From: Lama glama
Taxonomy: Eukaryota
Length of the DNA: 64,000 bases
Reading direction: 5' to 3'
Assembly: GCA_028534125.1 (NCBI GenBank)
Contig: CM052839.1
Location: 6,510,001 to 6,574,000 of the forward strand
The translations under genes were made by a program, and so were the position numbers. Positions within the stretch are counted from its first letter, which is position 1. The number at the start of each line of letters is the position of its first letter. Positions 48,001-60,000 of the stretch are shown piece after piece. The notes under the pieces were generated by a model that made no database searches, was not told where the DNA came from, and was given only the letters and a program-made list of their open reading frames with translations.

Positions 48001-51000
48001 CTTAAACTCCACTGGAAATTCATGCTAGTACTGATTTGTAAGAAATAGTTCTGTTAACAACCAAATGACCCAGTGATTCCACTCCTGGGTATATATCCCC
48101 CCCAAAACACCAAAACACTTATTCAAAAAAGATACATGTACCCCAATGCTTATAGCAGCATTATATATAATTGCCATGATATGGAAGCAACCTATGTGTC
48201 CATCAACAGATGAATGAATAAAGAAGATGTGATATATATACAATGGAATACTATTTAGCCATAAAGAAAGAAAACAAATGTCTCTGCCATAGTTAGAAAA
48301 TGGAAGCTAATCAGAGTTCCTCCAGTGTAGTGGAAACCCCATGTCAACCCTGCTGAATAAATGTATGTGGGTTGATACATGTACATGGGAACGTCAGGTG
48401 TGTCTTTAGCCTGTGTGATGGTTTGTGTAGGGCTGTCAGAGGCGGTCCGTCGGGAGCGCTGACATAGAACGCAGTTTCCGGTGCGTGGCTGGATGCAGCA
48501 TGATGGAAACCTTTCTTTCTTGACTCATTTTTCTGTGTAGCTGGATGTTGAGACTTGGCAACAGGAACGCCCTGTGGTGTTGCACACGTGGACTAAGGAG
48601 TCTGCCCACAACTATGAAAATAACTGCCACGAGGTGTCTGTCTTTGTTAGCCCAGGGGCAACCTATTTTGAGGTGGAATTTGATGAGAGATGTGAAACTG
48701 AAAAAAGGTATGACTCCCCTGTTCTTTTTTCCCCTGAGCAACAATGGATCAGAAATGAGAGAAAGGAAGTGACAGAGGTTATGCTTTCACAGGTATGATT
48801 ATCTGGAGTTTACTGATGCCAGAGGCGGGAAAACACGCTATGACACAAAAGTTGGCACTGATAAATGGCCCAAGGTGAGTGGTTTTCCCAGAGAGTGATG
48901 TATCCATTCTCTGCTTGTCAGCCGCTGAGGGGTAATAGGTGATCTTTGTGGGTAAGCATTCAGTTACACTTTTGTGAAAGGAGGAATTTCTGTCAGAGTT
49001 CAGCACCTGTTTTGTACGTAAAGTGTTCTGGGCACAGATGTGCCTGTTTATGTTCTGTCCGTAGCCGCGCTGGCACCACAGCAGCGGGGCTGTCATCGCA
49101 GCAGAGACCATGTGGCCCAGAAAGCCTGACAGTTTACTGTCTGGTTCTTCAGAGGAACAGTTGGCCACCCCTGGGTTATATCACACTGTCCAGAGTAAAT
49201 GGGGAGTTTAATCCTTAGCAAGAAAGGGCCGATGGGTCCAGGAGGGCCCAACCGTGGTGAGGAAAGCCAGGCGTCCCCCTCACGGTTAGGGACTCTGGGC
49301 TCTGGGGCGGGAGGCTGAGCGTGGCTTCACTGTTGACCTCCTCTGCTGTCAGCGGTCTTGGCTGGGAGCAAAGGATTGAGCAACGCGCTCTCTGGAGGAG
49401 TAGGTAGTGGGCAGATGGGCACCTGAGGTTTACAGAGCTGACCTGCAGTTTTCAACTTTGCTGCTTCATAAGGTGCAGTCATGAATTTTCTGTTTCAGTC
49501 ACTCCATTGTACATGTTTCCTTTAGTAGTTTTGCTGGGGGCAGTAAGATATAATTATGAAAATAAAGACCAATTTTTTTCTTTTATTTTTTGAGCGGAGG
49601 GGGGCAAGGTAATTAGGTTTGTTTGTTTATTTATTAGTGGAAGTACTAGGGATTGAACCCAGGACCTCATGCATGCTAAGCACTGAGCTATACCCTCCCC
49701 ACTAAGACCAATTTTTTGAGTCACGGAGACCATGCTTATTGCTGAAATGCTGCCTTCTCCAATCAGTTTGACCACATGACTTCTTTGTTTGTCTTTAGAA
49801 AGTGACCTTTAAGGCTGGTCCCCGGCTGCAGTTTCTCTTCCACTCTGACAGCAGTAACAATGAGTGGGGCTACAAATTCACTGTCACTGCCTACGGACTG
49901 CCTGATGTCGCCGTGTCTTGGGGGTTGGATTTACAACTGCTTGTTTCCCGGCTGATGGGACGCCTCGCTTCTCAGTGCCTGGCACTCAAGTCCATGCATC
50001 GTAAGTCCACATACTGTCCCTTCTCTTCTGCTACAGCCACGTGGACAAGCACGGTGGTACCCTCTCTCGTGTAAGTTGTCTCCACGTAATGGCAGAGCAG
50101 AGGTATTGATAAAATTACTCCTTGATACCTTTTTCATAAAATTTCTTGACTCAGACATTAAGACACATCGCAAAGGATGCTGTGGAGTCCCTGTCTATGG
50201 AGAACAGAGCGGGTAGGGAGCTAGCTGGGTGCTGGCCGCATTGCCATCATTCTTTTGTGAGTGAATTTTGGTTTACTCCAATAAGAAGGCAGAAATACAG
50301 AATAAATGAATTTTATATTCTTTAATTATGTGACTGTGCGTAAATATGTGAACATGAATTTTGCCTTAAAGTGATTTCTTCAACTTAGTCATTAAATTCA
50401 TCCAGGAAACAAGAAATAGAATGACTTTCTCATGTATCTTATTTCTATATCATTTCTTGAATTTTTCTCACTTTAACAGTAAAATATCATAAATTGCATA
50501 ATGGAAAAAGCCAAGGAGAAAAGCCATTCTTACTCCTAATACCCAGAGATAACTACTATTAACATTTTCATCTATTTCCACCTAGTCTGTTTTCTTTGTC
50601 TATTCATAAAAACATACATGGTGGGTATTTTATTATTATTATTATTATTATCATCATCATTATTTTTTACGAACAAGTTTACACCCTATGAACATGTCCC
50701 CATAATTAAACATTTCTAAATGGTCTCCTGTTACACGCTAGAGGTGGTTCACATTCTGTTCTCAGCTTACTACCCAGGTTAGTCTTTTCAGAGGGACCTG
50801 TAACAGAAGCTGTCATACAGAATGGCAGCATTTCAGGACTGCCTGATGGCTTGGGTTCATCAGGGTATGTGCTTGTGAAGCATCACAGTTACGTTCTGCA
50901 AAATGTGGGAGAATTCCCTATCAGTCTTAATGCCCAAGTTTTTTTTTAAACCTCTTCATCAATTCAAAGATTCTCAGTACATTAAGGGAGAAACAGCTCT

Positions 51001-54000
51001 CATAAGCCTTCTTCTTCTCTTTCCAGAATTAGGAAGTAACTTGGCAGTACCTCAGGCAAAAATGGCATTAGTCCTAAACTCCCCCTTGTGGAAACCTGTC
51101 TTCAGGCACCAAATGTGTCCAGAGTTGGGATTAGAAGCAAGCTGGCCCACTCACCCACACCAGGATGATAAGGAGGTATTTACTCTTCTCTTGTCTTTGT
51201 ATTTGGAATGGAAATGTTTACTAATATCTGTAACTTTAAATTATAAACACTTGTGTTTATATCTTATCCCCACAAAGCTGTCAGCTCCTCAAGGGCAGAA
51301 ACTGTCCCTTGTTCACTTGGGGTCCCCACTGCGCACCACAAGGGTCAGCGTAATGGTGTTCAAAAGTACTGAATGACTGGCTCCTCAGTGAAATATAGTA
51401 GGTGCTCAGTAAATCTCTCTTGATGGAGTTATTAAACAAGCAGGTTGAGTCTGTTTCCAGTGCCCGCTGAATCAAACTTTAAATGATTTACAGTGTACCT
51501 GTTGTTCTCCATGGGACAGTAGCACATTATTTAAGCTTAAAATAATTAAAACTAAACAAGTTTGCCCGCTGTCTCTTTCTCATCTCTCTGTCCCCCTCTC
51601 TCCATTCTACTTCTTTTCCTGCCTTCTTCCCTTCTCCCCAGCCCCCACTTATTCGGTAGTTCATTGCTGAGTCCAGGGGCTCTTCCTCAGCTTCTCTTCT
51701 CTCTGCCTCTCTGCTCCTCCAGGCCCTCTCTTCTTTTATTCCATGGCAGTCCACTGTCTTCTCTTACCTCTGACCACTCCATCTGCCTTCTTTATTACCG
51801 CTCTTCCTCCTCTGAAGATAGGCTTCCTGCAGGCTTTCTCCCCTTCCCTGCCACCCATGGAGACGTCATCCTGTCTCCTCTCTTCTGCTGTCACATCGGT
51901 GTGGATAATTCCTAAGTATCAGTTTCCAGCCCTGGTTCTTCTCCCAGACTCCAGTCAGGTGTCCCCACCTTCTGTTAGGTATTTCCATGTCAGTGTTCTG
52001 ACTCCCTTTAACTCAGAAATGTGAGACCGGGACGTCCCCCCGACTGCTCACTCCTACTGTTGTGATTGTTTTCCCAGGCATTGAGCCACTGCTCCCTGGC
52101 ATCACCTTTATCCGCACCTTTCCTGTCTGTTCAGCTGCAAGCCCTGTGGATTCTTCCTTGAGATGTTCATCTCTTTCATGTCCTCTGTCTCCATCTTTAT
52201 CTAGGCCCTCATCTTGCACTCACATTGTTACATTGGTACCTACCACGTTTTTTTTAATCACTGCATTATCTTGTCATTCCACTGCCAAGCACCATTAATG
52301 GCTCCCTGTTGCCCACAGGGTGAAGNNNNNNNNNNNNNNNNNNNNNNNNNNNNNNNNNNNNNNNNNNNNNNNNNNNNNNNNNNNNNNNNNNNNNNNNNNN
52401 NNNNNNNNNNNNNNNNNNNNNNNNNNNNNNNNNNNNNNNNNNNNNNNNNNNNNNNNNCTAATGGTTGCGTTCCTCAGGGCCAAACCTTCCCAGTCTTCAG
52501 GGTCCAGTCCTAAGCCCATCCCCTCCAGGAGGCTTTTCTTAATTACTTTAACCTGCCAGGAGCTCTCTCCTATGAATTCTCAGCACTGGGTGCCCCTTCT
52601 AGGCGTTTGGCACTTGATAGTCTTTTGCTTTATTGTAGTGGTAGTTTTTTTAATGCTTTTAATGTTTTATTTATGTTTACCTTTTTTTAACCCATGTATC
52701 TGTCTGATCTCCCCAGAATAGATTTAAACTTCCTGAGAGTATGCACCATGTTTTATACTTCTGCTTTGGCCTAGTAGATGTTCAATAAACTTCATTTTTT
52801 TAATGAATGTGTTAAACATGATGTTTTTTGTTGTTATTGTTCCCAGGTTAAGAACATCCCTGATGATCCCTGCCACCAATTTCTTCTTGATTTTGCACNN
52901 NNNNNNNNNNNNNNNNNNNNNNNNNNNNNNNNNNNNNNNNNNNNNNNNNNNNNNNNNNNNNNNNNNNNNNNNNNNNNNNNNNNNNNNNNNNNNNNNNNNN
53001 NNNNNNNNNNNNNNNNNNNNNNNNNNNNNNNNNNNNNNNNNNNNNNNNNNNNNNNNNNNNNNNNNNNNNNNNNNNNNNNNNNNNNNNNNNNNNNNNNNNN
53101 NNNNNNNNNNNNNNNNNNNNNNNNNNNNNNNNNNNNNNNNNNNNNNNNNNNNNNNNNNNNNNNNNNNNNNNNNNNTTTGGAACATAAACATATTTCTACA
53201 ACTGTAGACTTCATCTTGTCAATCCTACTTTGCCAGTCAAAAGATTCGTAACCAATTTATAGTTGGCAGAATGTGATATATAACAAGTAACCTTGGGTTT
53301 CCTAATTAGCAGATAATTTGTCTTTATCCAGAAGTCTCATGGGAAACTGCCAAGAAGTGTAATGGAAGGAAACCTTAACGTGGGTTGTGGTCCCAGCTCA
53401 CAGACTAGAAGCTGAGCAGCTTTAGGTTAATCAGATAACATTTCTGCACCTTAGTATCCCTATCTGTAAAGTTTAGAGTTGATTAGCTCTAACATTCTAA
53501 GAAACCCTAATTAAAACCTGAGATGTTTAGGTAATTGAATGTGCTAATAACCAAGGAGAAAAATACAGGTATTAACTCTTATCTTTAGACTTGCAACTTC
53601 TTTGTAGCATCATCCCTACTTGGCTTCCTCTGTTAATAGCCTGCTCCTTGCCGTTTCTTTTCCTCATGTTCCCCGAGGATACCATCTATGTGTATTTACT
53701 GTAAACGTAGCCTGCAGCCTAACAGGACCCGCAAAAGGAGGGCCTCTCCCCACTCGTAATCTTTCAGGGGAAAAACATTTCAAACCCAAAGTGAAGATGA
53801 GCTATGGGCTGTCCCAGGCACTTTGGCAGGACATGTGTTCTTCCCATGGTGCGGATGAAAGAAGCCGGAACAAACGCTCCTTCCTCTAGAGCAGGTCCTC
53901 GACTACTGCTCTTACTATTGTTGCTGTTAATATCATTGCGACCTTTATTGCTGAGTCCTTTGTATCTCATGTTGCAGAGTTTATTTCCTGATTTCTAAAA

Positions 54001-57000
54001 CATCTCAATTACTCCCTCAAATCTTATATTTCCTTTAAGAAGCTGCTCAAATAAATCAAACTACACTGAAGCATGAGTGATTTAAGGAAACAGCTGTCAC
54101 ATGGAAGAGTTTATCTCTGCTGGGGGATGAGGGGCGAGCTGATCTGTATGGTTTCAAGCAAAAAATTCAGTATATATTTGCGTATTGTTGTAAGAAAACT
54201 GGACAGTCTTTGTTACCTGTGGGAAATTTTAGTGGAGGGATAAAAGCCTTGTGAGTTAAAAGCTGAGAAACTGAAGATTTCTGGCTGAGGGAGGGTTTCC
54301 CTACTCTTTTCATATCATGTTCAGATATCACATACCTATTTGCAGTTGAGAAACACACAGTCATATGTGGGAACTGGAAATATTGCACTGAATACAAGTG
54401 GTTTCTATAGTACCTACCGCTGTTGCTTTGAAGGAGACACAATTCTTTCTGTCCCTGCCTCTAAGGGGCTACTCATGGGTTCTTCAAGACTTAGCTACTT
54501 TGAAAGTGGTCCTTGTCTAGATAATTTGCTCTTTGTCTGAAAATTTGTCACCCTTTTGGGTTAGAAATGTAGGGGAGGAGTTTTTCAAGTAGACTATAAG
54601 CTGCTTGAGGTCAGGGACCATGTTTGGGTTTTCTCAACATTGTATTTCCCAGTGCCTGGCTTGGAGTCTGACACATTCTAGGTGGTCAGAAAATTCATTG
54701 TGTTTACATTGGCTCAACAGAGAGGGTCACCCTGCTCTGTTATATTATCCTTCGGTTTTTAGATGAAGAGAAGGGGCAGACCTCATAGTTCTTTCTTTAA
54801 AAGCAAAATGAAATAAAACTTTTTTGTTATTTTTCTAATTATAAAAATAATTTATGTAGAAACTTAGTACAGAAATGCTTAAATTAATTATCAACTATGA
54901 TCTCACCACTTCAAGAAGACCACTTCAAGAACACCTCTGGTAACATTTTTCTGTGTATCTACCTAGCCTTTTATTTAGGCATATTTATATGTTTATATAT
55001 TTAAATATACACACTATGTTTTTACTATATATACTCTTTTAAAATAAGATAATTTTGTATATACTTTTTCATAACCAGCCTTTTTAGCTTAATATATACT
55101 GTGAACTTTCGTCCATGTTAATTATTTTTCACTCACTTTTAATAATTTTTATTTTAACTTTTAATATTTTTTATGTTTTACTCACTTTAATAGTATATCC
55201 ATTTCAGATGTTGTTCATTTGAAAAGAGTTAGTTTGAAGTAGCACAGAGAACCCATTACAGGTATTTGTGGTTTAATTGGTAGTTTTTTTCCCCATTCCT
55301 CTCTTCCCACCCCTAGTGTGTGAGTGTCAGGGGAAAACTTTCTATGGGGAGAATTAGAAGTTTCTTTGTGCCTGATGTTGCAGTGGTGAATTGTGTTAAC
55401 TGAATGTAACCTCTCCTTTCCCCAGTAAACAGTGGGGGCAAGACAGCCCTGGGTGAGGAGTTTGCACAGGTGTATTCCTTGGCAGATGGGATTCGAATAT
55501 GGATGGTAAGATTTTCCTTTGCATGCAATATTTATGTATTTTGAGTTTTCCTACCATGATATCATGGAATTAAGGCAAGTAGCTCTCAATATAACTTTAG
55601 AAATTTTTTAAAAGACTAAAACACAGTGATATGAATGTGTAAAAAATAATTTAGAACCCTTCAAATCATAATGTGGTGAGAGTTGAGAAAGTTAGAGTAA
55701 ACAGGCTTCACTTGAGCCCTCCTTACGTCCTTTGGTAACCTAGAGGCTGCTCTGTGGAACATAACCTCTTAGACTAGGAGGAAAAGCATTGCTTTAGATA
55801 CCAGGCAACCAGTGACAGGTTTAGGCAGAGGAGACTAGACTAGACCAAAGTGAACAGGATCTCTCAAAACAAACTAAAAGGTATCCTCATCAGCGTGGTG
55901 AGAGGAGAATCAGAAGCGTCTGTTGACAGAGAAACCAAGGTAGTAGTAGCAGTTTAAGAAAAAAAGTGTCTGATAACATCAGCTACCACAGATGGTTCAA
56001 GTAAAAAGGATATGGCAATTGGCAAGGAACACTGTAGATTCTGCTTCTGGTTTAGTATAGGACAGATAGACCGCTAACAATAGGACAAGATGCCAGCCTT
56101 CTCTCCAAGACCTTGGTCCCCCGTACATCACACATGGTCTCCTGGCCGGGCTGTCAGCACCGTGGCCCACACAGTGGCCACTGCCGGTGCTGATACAGGA
56201 GCACCTTCTCCACCTGGCATTCTCAGCATCACTCAGAGGTGTCCCCTCCTTCAGCAGTAGAATAGAGGTCACGTTTTAGTCCAACCTCTGTTGCAAACCG
56301 GGTGTGTAACCCTAGCAAGACCCTTCACTTCTCTAAGACCTCACTTCTTTATCTGTACCAGGTCAGCTTTAGATAAGGGTCCCTCCAGCTCCAGGATTCT
56401 GGAATTCTTTAAAGAATAGGGTCATGATTAAAAATCCCTCCCAAATAACAAATAGTTGAAAAGAAGGTAGTTTTGCAGACACCTTTAGGCATCTTCAAAG
56501 CCTGGATTATTTCTGGAACTAACGGAAACCGCTCAGTCCTGTGTCCTCAGCACAAGACCGTAAAGTTCTCCATGGTCTCAACCCTGTGCTTTTGAAGTAG
56601 TTTGCTCTGGCTGCCCCTCGCTGCCCTGTCTGGATACCATAATTATGTGGCTCAAATCCTCCCGCAGTTAGAGATGAAGCAGAAGTCCCTGGTGAGCCTG
56701 GGGAACGAGGCAGAAGAACAGCGCGGGTCAGAAGTGGCTGAGGCGAACCCCGAGAGTCTGGGTGAGTGCCGGCTCCAGCTGTCATCACTAGGCCTTCTGT
56801 TTTCAGTTCGTAGAAAACCACTGACCCATCTTCTGGATTGGTTTGTTGAAGCTATGTTGACCTAGGGGAAGTAACACAGGCACTAAATGTGTTTTTCAAG
56901 GACATGTCACAAATAGAAAAGTGCCAGAGAGGAATAATTGTTTATTAGCATGATCCAAATGGAGCCTCTTTCTAGTTACTTCTCTTAGGAGGCATTTTTG

Positions 57001-60000
57001 AAGTGTGCTCACACTAAATATTCAGTGAAGTGAAGGAATTACTGTTAATTTTTTTAACTGATACCACGGTTATGTTATTATTTTAAACTTTTTTTTTAGT
57101 GAAATATATTGAAAATTTTGCAGATGAAATAATGTGATGCCTGGGATCTGCATGGAAATAATCCAGGGAGTGTGGGGTGGGTGGGTGAAAAAAGACTGGC
57201 CTTGGGTTAATAATTATTGACTGGGTGAGAGGTACATGGAGAGGTCCTTATACTGTTCTCTCTCTATATGTTTGAAATTGCCCACAACAAAGCTTGTTTG
57301 CAGTGTGCTGATAGTCCTGGGGAGGTCATGATATGTATAATGAGAAAATTCGATTTTCCATTCTGTCAGGGATGTGTATACCACTGAGTTAATGGCGGTT
57401 ATTTCTTGATCTAAATTGTAGAGTTTAAATTATTTTCTCTTTAAAAGTAGGCAAGTTTAATTTTGACTTTTTCATTATCTTTCTTGCTTTTTGCATTTAG
57501 CAAAAGAGTGTATTCAGAAGAGTATTCTCTTACTAAAATTTTTGCCCATGGGTGTGAGTTCAAAAGAAAGCTGTGACCAGTCAGTGACTGCGGGTGAAGT
57601 AGACCGTCCGCAGCCACGGGACAGGCGCCAGAGGACCAGCTCTGCGGCGGAAGAGCACTTCCCAGCTCTCGCATGTCCCAGCGGAGCAGCGGCCCCCGCC
57701 GCCGGGGACAGGAGTCCTGGCCTGGACGGCCAGCCCACGCTGCTACCCAGCGGTGGCCCTCCTGCTGCAGAAGCATCCTCTGCTGCAGCCGAGGAGCCCT
57801 CGTCACCTTCCACTCCCAGCCGGCGGCCCCCCTTCACCCGAGGGCGACTGCGGCTGCTCTCCTTCCGCTCCATGGAGGAGGCCCGACCGGTGCCCACGGT
57901 CAAAGAGAGGTACCCTGTGCTGAAGGACGTGCTGGACTTCATTAAAGACCAGTCACTCTCCCATGACAGGTGAGCGCCTCTCTTCTCATGGGGCAGGTAC
58001 CCAGTCTCGTCAAAGACTTGAAGTTCATGTTAGAAATGAGCAAATAATACCTGAAAGATAAGATTCGTCTTAGAGTGTTCAGGAAAATTTTTTTGATTTT
58101 CTTTTCTTTTAAAGAAGTATTTTTTCATTTGAGATTTGTACATTATACTGTCTGTAAATTATAGCCCGATAATGTACTACTTGGATTAAAAAAAAAAAAG
58201 CAACGTTTCTTTGGCTAGCTGTCAAAATAAATGTCTCTTACTTTAATCCTGGGAGAAATTTAGGAATTGATATTTTCTGACAAAATTCTTTGTCAGTGGG
58301 CCTACCTCTGGAAGTATTGCAGGTTTCGATTTCCTGTCCTACGAATTAAAGCTCTGTCTCTGTGGCTTGCCACAGAGACAGAGTTCCTTTTTAATTTGCT
58401 GATTGTTTAACGTGAGTGGTTGGCTTTCTGGACGTGCACTGTTGTGTAGTGCTGCTGAGTAATGACAAAAGTAGTGCACAGGTGTTGATATCCTTCCTGA
58501 ATGACACCTCACAATAGTATTTGCTTTTTATTAATTTGGCATCAGAACTTGGGTGGGGGCTCTGTTTTCTTTCTGCCCCAGCTCGAGAGTTTTCTGCGTA
58601 TTCCTGACTTGAGTTATGTCTCCAGTGTTGTCAAGGTTCTTTCCTTGAGGAAGGCCCAAGCCCGCAGCATCCTTGAGGTCCTGAGGATCATTCAGGGTTG
58701 TACGGAGTCCCTTGGGCAGCCTCACTGCTTCCACCCTCCTTACATACTTTTTCTGTTGGAACTTCTGACCTGCCAGAAAGAGTTTACCAAGTAAGTCCGA
58801 AGTAGAAGTCTGCCGGGAAAGCTAGCAGGAGTCGTTTTTTAAAAAATCCTAATTGTCTTCTCTAATTAAGAACTCTATCCATGTAGGATACAAATTTACA
58901 TTTTTGGAAAGTTCATTCTCTCATTCTAAGGAAAAATGGGTTCTATCCTTTTAGTAAGTAAATGCTAGAACATATTTATTCCTCTTGATGAGTTTATCAT
59001 TTTAATTTTACCAGACAGTGAGGATTGTGTTCCCCATGTACCCATACTCATCATTTGGCTCCTGGAAGCTGTGAGCTAAATTTAATGCTCATTTACAATA
59101 ATATCATAGATCTAAGTAACCCACAAGGTTGTTTCAAAAGCCACTCAAGTATTTTCTGAATGACTGTACCCGGCACTGTTCTAGATATTGTGTGTGTGTG
59201 TGTAATGTTACTATATGGTGATTTCATACAGAGTGACCTAATTTGTGTGATTGGGGAAGGCAGGCTGAGGAGATGACATGTAACCAAGAGATGAATGGCC
59301 AGCTGAGGTCAGGGGGAAGAGCACTAAAGGCAGAAGGAACAGCACAAAGATCATAGGGCGGGGGATTAGCCCAAGGAGCAGAGGAAAGCCAGGGTGCCTG
59401 AGAGAGGTAGGAGATGGGGTAAAAAAAAAAAGAGGGCCCATATCATATAAAGCTTTGTAGGATGTGATTTAAGGTGCTGAATTTTACACAGAGTTGTAGA
59501 TGGGAAGCCCTTGGAGAATTTTAAGCTCAGGAGGAACACACTGCGATTTGTATTCATAAAAGATACTCCTGGCCAATCTGTGAAAAATAGTGTAAGGAAG
59601 AAGAGCAGTTAGTCCAGGCAGAAGATGTTGGTGGTTTGGACCAGGAAATAGTACTGGAGATGGAGAGAAAAGGATGAGGTTTAGGATGCATTTTGGAGGT
59701 AGAACTGTCAGGACTTACTGGTGGATTAGATGTAGAGGGTGAATGAAAGGAATCATGGGGAAAGAAACACATAGGGTTTCAGCTTGAACAGCTGAACGGA
59801 TGATGATACATTTTACTAAGGGGGAAGAGGGTGGAAGAAACAGACTGGGGTGATAATGAAAAGTTTTGTTTTGGCCATGTTAAGTTTGAACTGCTTCTTA
59901 CATACCCAAGTGAGAATATCAAAAAAATAGAGATAAGAGTCTAAAATTCTCAAAAAAAAACCCAGGGCTAGGGATAGAATTTGGATGTTGTCAGCAGATA

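Noticed and set aside
54905-54931. 13-bp direct repeat accacttcaagaa x2
   Set aside because: Simple local tandem duplication in old repeat-derived sequence; no array or spacers.
57441-57945. Antisense and alternative-frame ORFs (121, 142, 90 aa) over exon 29
   Set aside because: Shadow ORFs of a GC-rich coding exon; low-complexity products with no independent support.
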